NCBI GenBank assembly: GCA_020637675.1 | Contig: JACKKD010000004.1 | Span: 14,787 to 78,786, forward strand | Direction of reading: 5' to 3' | DNA: 64,000 nt | DNA from: Paracoccaceae bacterium | Lineage (GTDB): Bacteria > Pseudomonadota > Alphaproteobacteria > Rhodobacterales > Rhodobacteraceae | Position numbers and translations under genes: made by a program | In this document: in pieces, positions 45,181-54,341 of the stretch | How the letters are laid out: each line of letters starts with the position of its first letter | How positions within the stretch are numbered: position 1 is the stretch's first letter | The notes under the pieces: model-generated | Told to the model about the DNA's origin: nothing | The model's input: only the letters and a program-made list of their open reading frames with translations | Databases searched by the model: none

Positions 45181-47091
45181 ATGAAGACTTATGACCTCAT
45201 CACGATCGGCCGGGCGGGGGTGGACCTTTACGGGGCGCAGATCGGCGGGCGGCTGGAGGACATGGGCTCATTCCGGAAGTATATCGGCGGGTCCCCGACG
45301 AACATCGCCTGCGGGACAGCGCGGCTGGGGTTGAAGTCGGCGCTGATCACGCGGGTGGGCGACGAGCATATGGGCCGATTCATCCGCGAGCAGCTGGAGC
45401 GCGAGGGCGTGGACGTGCGGGGGGTGAAGACCGACCCGGAGCGGCTGACGGCGCTGGTCATCCTCGGCATCCGCGACGAGGAGCAGTTTCCGCTGATCTT
45501 CTACCGCGAGAACTGCGCCGACATGGCGCTGTCGGAGGAGGACATCGACGAGGGGTTCATCGCCGAGGCGCGGTCGGTGCTGGCAACCGGTACGCACCTT
45601 TCCCATCCGCGGACCGAGGCGGCGGTCGTGAAGGCACTGAATCTCGCCCGCAAGCACGGGGCGAAGACGGCCCTGGATATCGACTACCGCCCCAATCTCT
45701 GGGGCGTGGCGGGGCATGGCGCGGGCGAGAGCCGCTTCGTGGAAAGCGCCAAGGTCACCGCGAAGCTGCAATCGACGTTGCATCTTTTCGACCTCATCGT
45801 CGGCACGGAGGAGGAGTTTCACATCGCCGGCGGCTCGACCGATACAGTGGCTGCGCTGCGGGCGGTGCGGGCCGTGACTGCGGCAACGCTTGTCTGCAAG
45901 CGCGGCGCGAAGGGTGCCGTTGCCTTCGAGGGGCCGATCCCCGAGAGCCTCGACTCGGGAGAGGCGGGGCCGGGATTCCCGATCGAGGTCTTCAACGTGC
46001 TCGGCGCCGGCGACGGGTTCTTCTCGGGGTTGATGAAGGGCTGGCTCGACGGCGAGACCTGGCCGCGCGCGCTCGAATACGCCAATGCCTGCGGCGCCTT
46101 CGCGGTTTCGCGGCACGGCTGCACGCCGGCCTATCCGAGCCTGGAGGAGCTGAGGTTCTTCCTGACGCGCGGCATCGTGCGGCCCGATCTGAGAAACGAC
46201 GCGGAGCTGGAGCAGATCCACTGGTCCACCAACCGCAAGGGCGACTGGTCGAGCCTCAGGACCTTCGCCTTCGACCATCGCGCGCAGCTTGAGGAGATGG
46301 CAGGATACTCGGCCCGGAAGGGCGCCGCGTTCAAGGAGCTCTGCCTGAAGGCGACGCTGCGCGTGGCCGGCGGACGGCCGGGTTACGGCATCCTTTGCGA
46401 CAGCCGGATCGGCCGGCGGGCGCTCCATGCCGCCTCCGGCAGCGGACTCTGGATCGGACGGCCCTGCGAATGGCCTGGCTCGCGGCCGCTCAGGCTCGAG
46501 CCCGAGCTTGGCCCCGATTGCGGCGGACTGGAGGAATGGGCCCGCGAGAATGTGGTGAAGGTGCTGTGCTTCTGCCATCCCGACGACACGGCCGCGGTCC
46601 GGGCCGAGCAGGAGGCGACGGTGAAGCGGCTCTTCGCGGCGGCGCGGCGTAACGGGCTCGAGTTCCTGCTGGAGGTCATCCCCTCCAAGGTCGCGCCGGT
46701 GGGCGACACCACGACGGCGACGCTGATCCGCCAGTTCTATGCGGCGGGAGTCTTCCCCGACTGGTGGAAACTCGAACCGATGAGGACGAAGGCGGCCTGG
46801 GAGAATGCCATCGCCGCCATCCGGGAACATGACCGCTACACCCGGGGAATCGTCGTCCTCGGGCTCGATGCGCCGGAGGCGGAACTCGCCGCCTCGTTCG
46901 AGGTGGCGGCGGGGTTCGATCTGGTGAAGGGCTTTGCCGTCGGCCGCACGATCTTCGGCGACGTGGCGCGGGGCTGGATGGCGGGCGATCTGGCCGATGC
47001 CGAGGCCGTGGCAGAAATGGCCCGGCGATACGCGCGGCTCTGCGATATCTGGGACAGGGCGCGGGCCGCCGCGCGGGAGAAGGCAGCATGA
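45181..47091 (+). CDS. iolC: 5-dehydro-2-deoxygluconokinase fused to a C-terminal DUF2090/aldolase-like domain
   Basis: About 636 aa. N-terminal PfkB kinase (GAGDGF motif) plus about 300 extra C-terminal residues, as in the long alphaproteobacterial IolC forms. Confidence 0.85.
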   Translation: MKTYDLITIGRAGVDLYGAQIGGRLEDMGSFRKYIGGSPTNIACGTARLGLKSALITRVGDEHMGRFIREQLEREGVDVRGVKTDPERLTALVILGIRDEEQFPLIFYRENCADMALSEEDIDEGFIAEARSVLATGTHLSHPRTEAAVVKALNLARKHGAKTALDIDYRPNLWGVAGHGAGESRFVESAKVTAKLQSTLHLFDLIVGTEEEFHIAGGSTDTVAALRAVRAVTAATLVCKRGAKGAVAFEGPIPESLDSGEAGPGFPIEVFNVLGAGDGFFSGLMKGWLDGETWPRALEYANACGAFAVSRHGCTPAYPSLEELRFFLTRGIVRPDLRNDAELEQIHWSTNRKGDWSSLRTFAFDHRAQLEEMAGYSARKGAAFKELCLKATLRVAGGRPGYGILCDSRIGRRALHAASGSGLWIGRPCEWPGSRPLRLEPELGPDCGGLEEWARENVVKVLCFCHPDDTAAVRAEQEATVKRLFAAARRNGLEFLLEVIPSKVAPVGDTTTATLIRQFYAAGVFPDWWKLEPMRTKAAWENAIAAIREHDRYTRGIVVLGLDAPEAELAASFEVAAGFDLVKGFAVGRTIFGDVARGWMAGDLADAEAVAEMARRYARLCDIWDRARAAAREKAA

Positions 47092-47149
47092 GCATGTTCA
47101 GCAGAAGCAGCAACCGGTTCCGGGGTTCGAACCTGCGGGGGAAGGCAGA

Positions 47150-48985
47150 ATGAGCGGGACGGTGAGACTGACGGCGGCGCAGGCGATGGTGCGCTGGCTC
47201 TCGGTGCAGATGACGGAAGAGGGGACGCGCTTCATCGAGGGTGTATGGGCGATCTTCGGACATGGCAACGTGGCGGGGATCGGAGAGGCGCTGCACGGGA
47301 TCGGCGCGGCACTACCGACCTGGCGGGGCCAGAACGAGCAGACCATGGCCCACGCAGCCATCGCCTATGCCAAGACGCTCAGGCGGCGGCGGGCGCAGGC
47401 GGTGACCTCATCGATCGGGCCGGGGGCCACCAACATGGTGACGGCGGCGGCGCTGGCGCACGTCAACCGGCTGCCCGTGCTCTTCATTCCGGGCGATGTC
47501 TTCGCCAACCGCCGGCCGGACCCCGTGTTGCAGCAGATCGAGGACTTCGACGATGGCACGGTCAGCGCCAACGACTGCTTCAGGCCGGTCGTGCGCTACT
47601 TTGACCGGATCGCCCGGCCCGAGCATCTTCTGACCTGCCTGCCGCGGGCGCTGGCGGTGATGACCGATCCGGCGAACTGCGGGCCGGTCTGCCTCGCCTT
47701 CTGCCAGGACGTGCAGGCGGAGGCCTACGACTACCCCGAGAGCTTCTTTTCGCCTAGGGTCTGGCGCATCCGCCGGCCGGAGCCGGACCCGCGCGAGGTT
47801 GCGGACCTGGCGGCGCTGATCCGCGCCGCGAAGACACCGGTGATCGTCTCGGGCGGGGGGGTGATCTATTCCGGGGCGGAGGCCGATCTCGCGGCCTTTG
47901 CCAAGGCGCACAACATCCCCTTGGTGGAAACCCAGGCGGGCAAGGGCGCGACGGGATGGGACAATCCCATGAACTTCGGCTCGCCCGGAGTCACGGGGTC
48001 CGACTGCGCCAACGCGCTCTGCGCGCGGGCCGATCTGGTGATCGGCGTCGGCACCCGGTTCCAGGACTTCACCACGGGAAGCTGGACCGTGTTCGGCAAC
48101 CCGGAGCGGCGACTCGTCTCGGTCAACCTCGCGGGCTACGACGCGACGAAGCATGGCGCCGTGCCCTGCGTGGGGGACGCCAAGGTGGTGCTCGCCAGGC
48201 TTTCCGCCGCACTCGGATCGCACAAGGCGCCTGCCTTCGACCAAGACGCGCGGCTTGCTTGGCACGAGGCGGTGCGGCGCGTGACGGCGGCGCCCGAGGG
48301 CGAGACGAATGCCTTGCCCACCGATGCCCAGGTCATCGGCGCGGTGCAGCGGATGGCGACGAAGGACACGCTCGTGATGTGCGCGGCCGGCACCATGCCC
48401 GGTGCGCTGCAAGTCCTCTGGCAGGCGGCGGCAGGCGGCTACCACATGGAATACGGCTATTCGTGCATGGGCTACGAGGTCGCCGGTGCAATGGGCATCA
48501 AGCTCGCCGCGCCCGCGAAGGAAGTCGTCTGCTTCGTCGGCGACGGCAGCTACATGATGGCGAATTCGGAGCTTGCGACGGCGGTGATGCGGCGCGTGCC
48601 CTTCACCGTGGTCCTGACCGACAACCGCGGCTATGGCTGCATCAACCGGTTGCAGCAGGAATGCGGCGGGGCCGAGTTCAACAACATGTACAAGGACAGC
48701 AACGTCGAGGTGCAGCCCGAGATCGACTTCGTCTCCCATGCGCGGGCGATGGGTGCCCACGCGGAAAAGGCCGCGACCATCGCCGAACTTGAGGCGCGGA
48801 TCGTCGCCGCGCGGGGCCGCGACATCCCCACAGTCATCGTCATCGACACCGACGCGGTGTCTGGCACCGGCGCGGGCGGACACTGGTGGGACGTGGCCGT
48901 GCCCGAGGCTGGCGGACCGGAGCGGCTGGAGCGGGCCCGGGCGAAGTACACCGCGCAGGTCAGGCGGCAGAACGTCGTGAACTGA
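47150..48985 (+). CDS. iolD: 3D-(3,5/4)-trihydroxycyclohexane-1,2-dione acylhydrolase (ThDP-dependent)
   Basis: About 611 aa. ThDP motif [12 protein letters not shown]. The iolD position in the operon. Confidence 0.9.
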   Translation: MSGTVRLTAAQAMVRWLSVQMTEEGTRFIEGVWAIFGHGNVAGIGEALHGIGAALPTWRGQNEQTMAHAAIAYAKTLRRRRAQAVTSSIGPGATNMVTAAALAHVNRLPVLFIPGDVFANRRPDPVLQQIEDFDDGTVSANDCFRPVVRYFDRIARPEHLLTCLPRALAVMTDPANCGPVCLAFCQDVQAEAYDYPESFFSPRVWRIRRPEPDPREVADLAALIRAAKTPVIVSGGGVIYSGAEADLAAFAKAHNIPLVETQAGKGATGWDNPMNFGSPGVTGSDCANALCARADLVIGVGTRFQDFTTGSWTVFGNPERRLVSVNLAGYDATKHGAVPCVGDAKVVLARLSAALGSHKAPAFDQDARLAWHEAVRRVTAAPEGETNALPTDAQVIGAVQRMATKDTLVMCAAGTMPGALQVLWQAAAGGYHMEYGYSCMGYEVAGAMGIKLAAPAKEVVCFVGDGSYMMANSELATAVMRRVPFTVVLTDNRGYGCINRLQQECGGAEFNNMYKDSNVEVQPEIDFVSHARAMGAHAEKAATIAELEARIVAARGRDIPTVIVIDTDAVSGTGAGGHWWDVAVPEAGGPERLERARAKYTAQVRRQNVVN

Positions 48986-49021
48986 GGCGGGGTGCGGAGG
49001 CGGGGCCCCCGGACGCCGGCG

Positions 49022-49056
49022 TTTTCGGGCCAGGAGGAGATTCTGGCCCCCGAAAA
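49022..49056 (+). other. intercistronic hairpin between iolD and iolE
   Basis: TTTTCGGGCCAG / CTGGCCCCCGAAAA arms with a one-base bulge. The loop contains GAGGAGA. Confidence 0.5.
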
Positions 49057-49071
49057 GAGAGAGACAGAGAG

Positions 49072-49980
49072 ATGATCCTTTACGGCACCAACCCCATCGC
49101 CTGGTCGAACGACGACGACTGGTCGATCGGCGACCAGTTCACGCTCGACGACTGCCTGTCCGATTGCCGGAAAATCGGCTTCGACGGGATCGAGAAAGGC
49201 CACAAGATGCCCGACGACGGCGCGGCCCTGAAGGCCGCGCTTGGCGCCTACGGACTCCGGTTCGCGGCAGGCTGGTTCTCCACGAACCTTCTCGTCAACG
49301 ACATCGAGACGGAGAAGGCGCGGCTCAAGGAATGGATCGACTTCACCAAGGCCGCGGGCGGCGATCACATCAACGCCTGCGAGTGCTCCAATACCGTCCA
49401 CGGCAACGACAAGGTTGCGGTGAACGACCGGCCGATCCTGTCGGAGGCCGACTGGGACAGGTTCTCGCGCGGCTACGAGGCGCTTTCCAAGTTCGCGCAT
49501 GATCATGGTGTGAAGATGGGCTACCATCACCACATGGGGACGATCATTGAAAGTGCTGCCGACATCGACCGGTTCATGGCGATGGCGGGCCCCTATACGC
49601 GGCTCCTGCTCGACACCGGGCACTGCACCTTCGGCGGTGCCGACCCGGCTGAGGTGGCGCGCAGGTACATGGACCGCGTCACCCATATCCACGCCAAGAA
49701 CGTCCGGCCGGACATCGCCCGCGAGGTACGGGAAAAGGGGCTCTCCTTCCTCGAAGGGGTGCGCCGCGGGGCCTTCACCGTGCCGGGCGACCCCGAGGGT
49801 TGCGTCGCCTTCGAGCCGGTGCTGAAGATCGCGGCCGAGCACGGCTATCAGGGCTGGCTGGTGATCGAGGCAGAGCAGGACAGCGCCGTGCGCAATCCGT
49901 TCCACTACCAGGACATGGGCTTCAGGGCGCTGAGGCGGATGGCGCGCGAGGCGGGGCTCGACCGGGCGGAGGCCGCCTGA
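49072..49980 (+). CDS. iolE: inosose (2-keto-myo-inositol) dehydratase
   Basis: About 302 aa from [16 protein letters not shown], a characteristic IolE N-terminus. TIM barrel. Confidence 0.88.
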   Translation: MILYGTNPIAWSNDDDWSIGDQFTLDDCLSDCRKIGFDGIEKGHKMPDDGAALKAALGAYGLRFAAGWFSTNLLVNDIETEKARLKEWIDFTKAAGGDHINACECSNTVHGNDKVAVNDRPILSEADWDRFSRGYEALSKFAHDHGVKMGYHHHMGTIIESAADIDRFMAMAGPYTRLLLDTGHCTFGGADPAEVARRYMDRVTHIHAKNVRPDIAREVREKGLSFLEGVRRGAFTVPGDPEGCVAFEPVLKIAAEHGYQGWLVIEAEQDSAVRNPFHYQDMGFRALRRMAREAGLDRAEAA

Positions 49981-49984
49981 CGCG

Positions 49985-50185
49985 ATGGGGCGGGGCCTAT
50001 ACGACCTTGACCATCCCTGGTTCCGGCCGCTCTGGCGGCGCGTCCTCGTCGCCGGGACCGCGCTCGGCTGGGGTGTATTCGAGCTTGCGCAGGGCAGTCC
50101 GGGCTTCGCGCTTCTCTTCCTCGCGCTCGGCGCCTATGCGGCCTGGCGCCTCTTCGTGACGTTCAACCCCCGGGAGGACGAATGA
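49985..50185 (+). CDS. small two-TM membrane protein (66 aa), unknown function, inside the iol operon
   Basis: Starts 5 nt after the iolE stop. Its stop overlaps the iolB ATG (ATGA). Two hydrophobic helices. Confidence 0.6.
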   Translation: MGRGLYDLDHPWFRPLWRRVLVAGTALGWGVFELAQGSPGFALLFLALGAYAAWRLFVTFNPREDE

Positions 50186-50988
50186 GTCAGCTTCTTCGCA
50201 AGCCCTTCGGTACGCACGGCAAGGTGCATGAGATCACGCCGGCCTCGGCCGGGTGGCGCTATGTCGGCTTCTCGCTCCACCGATTGCGCCCGGGCGACGC
50301 CGCCGCCGAGGCGACGGGTGACCGCGAGGCCATCCTCGTGATGGTCGAGGGCAAGGCCGCCGTCACCGCCGCGGGGCGGGAGTGGGGCGTGCTCGGCGAG
50401 CGGATGAGCGTCTTCGAGAAGACCCCGCCGCATTGCCTTTACGTGCCGAACGGAGCGGACTGGCGCGCGGTGGCCGAAACCGATTGCGTGATCGCCGTCT
50501 GTTCTGCGCCGGGGAAGGGCGGGCACGCCGCGCGCCGGATCGGGCCGGCGGGCATCGCGCTGACCGAAAGGGGCCGGGGCACCAACACGCGCCACATCAA
50601 CAACATCGCGATGGAGAACGAGGACTACGCCGACAGCCTGCTGGTCACCGAGGTATTCACGCCGGCCGGCCACTGGTCGTCCTACCCCAGCCACAGGCAC
50701 GACGAGGACGACTTCCCCCGCATCACCTATCTGGAGGAAACCTACTATCACCGGCTGAACCCCGCCTCGGGCTTCGGCATCCAGCGCGTCTATACCGACG
50801 ACGGGCGCCTCGACGAGACGATGGCGGTGGCCGATGGCGACGTGGTTCTGGTGCCGCGCGGACACCATCCCTGCGGTGCGCCCTATGGTTTCGAGATGTA
50901 TTACCTCAACGTGATGGCCGGCCCCCTGCGCAAGTGGCGCTTCGTGCCGGCCCCCGAGGTGGAGTGGATCCTCAAGCGCGACGCATGA
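50182..50988 (+). CDS. iolB: 5-deoxy-glucuronate isomerase
   Basis: 268 aa. Cupin-like KduI/IolB family features. Operon context. Confidence 0.85.
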   Translation: MSQLLRKPFGTHGKVHEITPASAGWRYVGFSLHRLRPGDAAAEATGDREAILVMVEGKAAVTAAGREWGVLGERMSVFEKTPPHCLYVPNGADWRAVAETDCVIAVCSAPGKGGHAARRIGPAGIALTERGRGTNTRHINNIAMENEDYADSLLVTEVFTPAGHWSSYPSHRHDEDDFPRITYLEETYYHRLNPASGFGIQRVYTDDGRLDETMAVADGDVVLVPRGHHPCGAPYGFEMYYLNVMAGPLRKWRFVPAPEVEWILKRDA

Positions 50989-51025
50989 GGGGACCCTGCC
51001 GGCCGACTGGTCGGGACCGCGCGAT

Positions 51026-51775
51026 TCAGCGCATCCAGTCAAGCCCTGCGGTCGTCGCTCCCTTCGGGGCGTATTCGGCGCTGACCCAGCCCTCGTAGCC
51101 CTCCGCGTCGAGCATGGCGAAGAAGGCGGGGTAGTCGATCTCGCCTCCGAAGGGCTCGTTGCGGCCGGGAAAGCCGGCGATCTGGACATGGGCGGCGCGG
51201 CGGCCGTGGGCGGCCCAGGAGCCGAGGACATCGCCGGTGATGCGATGCGCGTGGTAGGCGTCGAACTGAAGCGCGAGGTTCGGGGAGGCGACCGCATCGA
51301 GAACGCGGGCGGCGGTCGCGTAGTCGGCGAGGAAATAGCCCGGCATGTCGGCGCGGTTGATCGGCTCGATCGTAAGGCTCTGTTTCGGTGCACGGGCGAC
51401 GGCCCAGCGGAGGTTTTCGACGAACGCCGCCTCGGCCTCCGGCCCCTCGGCCGCGCCGGCCATGATGTGGATATGACGGGGCTTCAGCACCTGGGCGAAG
51501 CGGAGGGTGCGGTCGAAGTCGCGGTGGAAGCGGTCCTGAAGGCCGGGGGCGGCTGCGAAGCCCTGCGGCCCGCCGGTCGCGTTCGGCGGCGGGCAGTTCA
51601 TCAGGACGAAGGCGAGGTCGTTCCAGACGAGCTGGTCTCGGATATCCTGGGTCGGGTGATCGTAGGGAAAGAGCACCTCCACCGCGTCGAAGCCGGCCTC
51701 CTTCGCCGCGCGGAAACGCTCCATGAACGGGAGTTCGGGAAAGAGCCAGGAGAGGTTGGCGGCGAACCTCGGCAC
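51026..51775 (-). CDS. hyi: hydroxypyruvate isomerase family TIM-barrel protein
   Basis: 249 aa. N-terminus MPRFAANLSWLFPELPFMERF is typical of Hyi. Confidence 0.85.
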   Translation of the reverse strand: MPRFAANLSWLFPELPFMERFRAAKEAGFDAVEVLFPYDHPTQDIRDQLVWNDLAFVLMNCPPPNATGGPQGFAAAPGLQDRFHRDFDRTLRFAQVLKPRHIHIMAGAAEGPEAEAAFVENLRWAVARAPKQSLTIEPINRADMPGYFLADYATAARVLDAVASPNLALQFDAYHAHRITGDVLGSWAAHGRRAAHVQIAGFPGRNEPFGGEIDYPAFFAMLDAEGYEGWVSAEYAPKGATTAGLDWMR

Positions 51776-51780
51776 GGGGA

Positions 51781-52380
51781 TCAGGCGAGGTCGGCCGAGG
51801 GGATCACGGGGAAGAAGGTGCCGTCCGACCAGAGGCCGAACCAGCGTGTCCCGTCGCGATCTTCGTGGGCGCCACGCTCGACGAGGCGGTAGAAGGTCTT
51901 CCGGTCGATCAGGGCTTCGAGGTTTCGCCGCACCAGAACATAGGGCGCGGGTTCGCCGGTCTCGGGGTCGCGCTCGACGCGGATCGGGTGCTCGGGACCG
52001 GCCGTAACCACGTCCTCCACGCTGGTGGTGAAGGTGATCCGCTGGTCGCGCCCCCTCCCGGTCACGTCGGCATCGACGGCGACGAAAGGGGCGTCAACCA
52101 CGCGGATGCCGACCTTTTCGACCGGCGTGACGAGGAAGTAGTCCTCGCCATCCTTGCGGATGATCGAGGAGAAGAGCTTCACGAGCGCATGCCGCCCGAT
52201 CGGGGTGCCTAGGTAGAACCAGGTTCCGTCGCGGCGGATTTCCATGTCGAGATCGCCGCAGAAGGGCGGGTTCCAGAGATGCACCGGCGGCGGCCCCCTG
52301 CGGCCTGCGGCCCTGGCGGCGGCTGCGAGGTTTTCCGCTGAGGGGTTCACGTTCAATTGTTCGGTTTCCGATTTCGCCAT
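51781..52380 (-). CDS. DUF1285 domain protein
   Basis: 199 aa. Region WNPPFCGDLDMEIRRDGTWFYLGTPIGR. The family name is from memory. Confidence 0.7.
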   Translation of the reverse strand: MAKSETEQLNVNPSAENLAAAARAAGRRGPPPVHLWNPPFCGDLDMEIRRDGTWFYLGTPIGRHALVKLFSSIIRKDGEDYFLVTPVEKVGIRVVDAPFVAVDADVTGRGRDQRITFTTSVEDVVTAGPEHPIRVERDPETGEPAPYVLVRRNLEALIDRKTFYRLVERGAHEDRDGTRWFGLWSDGTFFPVIPSADLA

Positions 52381-52443
52381 TGGTGCGGGCCGCGATTTCT
52401 GCCTTTATGGTTGCAAGACTATACCGAGGAAGGAGCGCTTGCC

Positions 52444-53448
52444 ATGGCCGAGTCCCGTGACCTTCTGGTCGAGATCGAGGCGCTTGGCGAAAAGATCGCC
52501 GAGGCGCGTCAGGCGGTGGGGCGGCGCTTCATCGGCCAGGAACGGGTGGTGGAGCTGTCGCTCTCGGCGCTTCTCTGTGGCGGGCACGGCCTGCTCGTCG
52601 GGCTGCCGGGCATGGGCAAGACCATGCTCGTCGACACGCTCGGCACCGTCATGGGCCTTACCTCGGGACGGGTGCAGTTCACACCCGACCTGATGCCTGC
52701 GGACATTCTCGGGTCCGAAGTTCTTGAAACGGCGGCAGATGGGACGCGCAGTTTCAGGTTCATCGAGGGGCCGGTCTTCTGCCAGCTGTTGATGGCGGAC
52801 GAGATCAACCGCGCCAGCCCCCGCACCCAGTCCGCGCTTCTGCAGGCGATGCAGGAACGCGAGGTGACGATTGCCGGCGTCCACCGGCCGCTGCCGAAGC
52901 CCTTCCACGTTCTCGCCACGCAGAACCCGATCGAGCAGGAGGGGACCTATCCCCTGCCCGAGGCGCAGCTCGACCGGTTCCTCGTGCAGATCGACGTGGA
53001 CTATCCCGACCGCGCGACGGAACGTGACATCCTTCTGGCCACGACCGGAGTCGAGGCGGCGACATCACCCCGGATATTCAGCGCGGACGAGCTCATCGCG
53101 GCGCAGATGACGGTGCGACGGATGCCGGTGGGCGAAAAGGTGCTGGAACTGATTCTCGACCTCGTGCGCGCCTGCCGCCCGGGCGAGACCGAAGCGGGGC
53201 GCGCCGTGAGCGAGAGCGTCGCCTGGGGGCCGGGACCGCGGGCCGCGCAGGCGCTGATGCTGACGGTGCGGGCACGGGCGCTCCTGAGCGGCCGGCTCGC
53301 GCCTTCGGCCGAGGATGTCCTGGCACTGGCGCGGCCGGTGCTGAGCCACCGGATGGCGCTTTCGTTCGCGGCACGCGCGCGCGGCGAAAGCCTCGGCGCG
53401 ATCATCGAGGGCGTTGCGCGGGACGTCACGCGCGCCGAGGCGGCATGA
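52444..53448 (+). CDS. MoxR family AAA+ ATPase
   Basis: About 334 aa. Walker A GLPGMGKT, Walker B LLMADEINR, and the MoxR-like region ATQNPIEQEGTYPLPEAQLDRF. Confidence 0.9.
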   Translation: MAESRDLLVEIEALGEKIAEARQAVGRRFIGQERVVELSLSALLCGGHGLLVGLPGMGKTMLVDTLGTVMGLTSGRVQFTPDLMPADILGSEVLETAADGTRSFRFIEGPVFCQLLMADEINRASPRTQSALLQAMQEREVTIAGVHRPLPKPFHVLATQNPIEQEGTYPLPEAQLDRFLVQIDVDYPDRATERDILLATTGVEAATSPRIFSADELIAAQMTVRRMPVGEKVLELILDLVRACRPGETEAGRAVSESVAWGPGPRAAQALMLTVRARALLSGRLAPSAEDVLALARPVLSHRMALSFAARARGESLGAIIEGVARDVTRAEAA

Positions 53449-54341
53449 GCGCCACCGTCCAGAGCTCCGCCCGGCCGGCGGGGCTGAGACGCAGCGCCGA
53501 GGCGCTGGCAGCGACCCTGCCACCACTGCTGGCAGAGGCGCGGCATCTCGCCGCGACCGTGCAGCTTGGCGAACACGGCCGGCGGCGCGCCGGCATGGGC
53601 GACGAGTTCTGGCAGTATCGCGCGGCCCATGCCGGCGACGAGGCCCGCGCCATCGACTGGCGGCGCTCGGCGCGGGCAGATGTCCAGTTCGTGCGCGAGA
53701 AGGAATGGCAGGCGGCGCAGTCGGTGCACCTTTGGGTCGATGACGCGCGGTCGATGGAATTCACCGGCGATCCGAAGCGGCAGGCGAAGGCTGACCGTGC
53801 CCGGCTTCTTGCGCTGTCGCTCGGGGTTCTTCTCATCCGCGCGGGCGAACGGGTCGGGCTTGCCGACGGCATCGCGCCGCCCCGGTCGGGCGAGGTGCAG
53901 CTACTGAGGCTCTCGGAAGCCTTCACGCGGCCGGCGGGCGAGACCGACTACGGTGCGCCGCAGGCGCGCGCGATGCTGGCCGGGTCGCGTGCCGTCTTCC
54001 TCTCCGATTTCATGGGCGATCCGGCCGGGGTGGAGGGCGCGCTGGCGCAGGCCGCCGACAAGGGCGTGACCGGTGTCCTCATGCAGGTGCTCGATCCGGT
54101 GGAGGAGGCGTTTCCCTTCGACGGCCGGACGATCTTCGAGAGCATGGGCGGCACCCTCATCCACGAGACGCGAAAGGCCGGCGATCTGCGCGACCGCTAC
54201 CGGGCACGGCTGGAAGAGCGGAAGGAGCGGCTCCGCCATCTCGCGCGGACGGCAGGGTGGCTCTTCACCACCCATCACACCGGCGATCCGGCGCAGGGCG
54301 CGCTTCTGTGGCTCTACGCCGCGCTGAGGAAGGGCAGCTGA
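53445..54341 (+). CDS. DUF58 domain protein (VWA-like partner of MoxR)
   Basis: 298 aa. The ATG overlaps the MoxR stop (ATGA). Core is DUF58-like (DWRRSARADVQFVRE). Confidence 0.8.
   Translation: MSATVQSSARPAGLRRSAEALAATLPPLLAEARHLAATVQLGEHGRRRAGMGDEFWQYRAAHAGDEARAIDWRRSARADVQFVREKEWQAAQSVHLWVDDARSMEFTGDPKRQAKADRARLLALSLGVLLIRAGERVGLADGIAPPRSGEVQLLRLSEAFTRPAGETDYGAPQARAMLAGSRAVFLSDFMGDPAGVEGALAQAADKGVTGVLMQVLDPVEEAFPFDGRTIFESMGGTLIHETRKAGDLRDRYRARLEERKERLRHLARTAGWLFTTHHTGDPAQGALLWLYAALRKGS

Noticed and set aside
47124-47133. GGTTCGAACC, reminiscent of a tRNA T-arm/T-loop, in the iolC-iolD spacer.
   Set aside because: The flanking sequence does not form a T stem, acceptor stem or anticodon arm. 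It is just a 10-bp palindrome in a 58-bp intergenic spacer.
45268-51393. Long minus-strand ORFs (45268-46830, 47408-48883, 48631-49905, 50134-51393) across iolC, iolD, iolE and iolB.
   Set aside because: These are shadow ORFs antisense to clearly identified iol genes.
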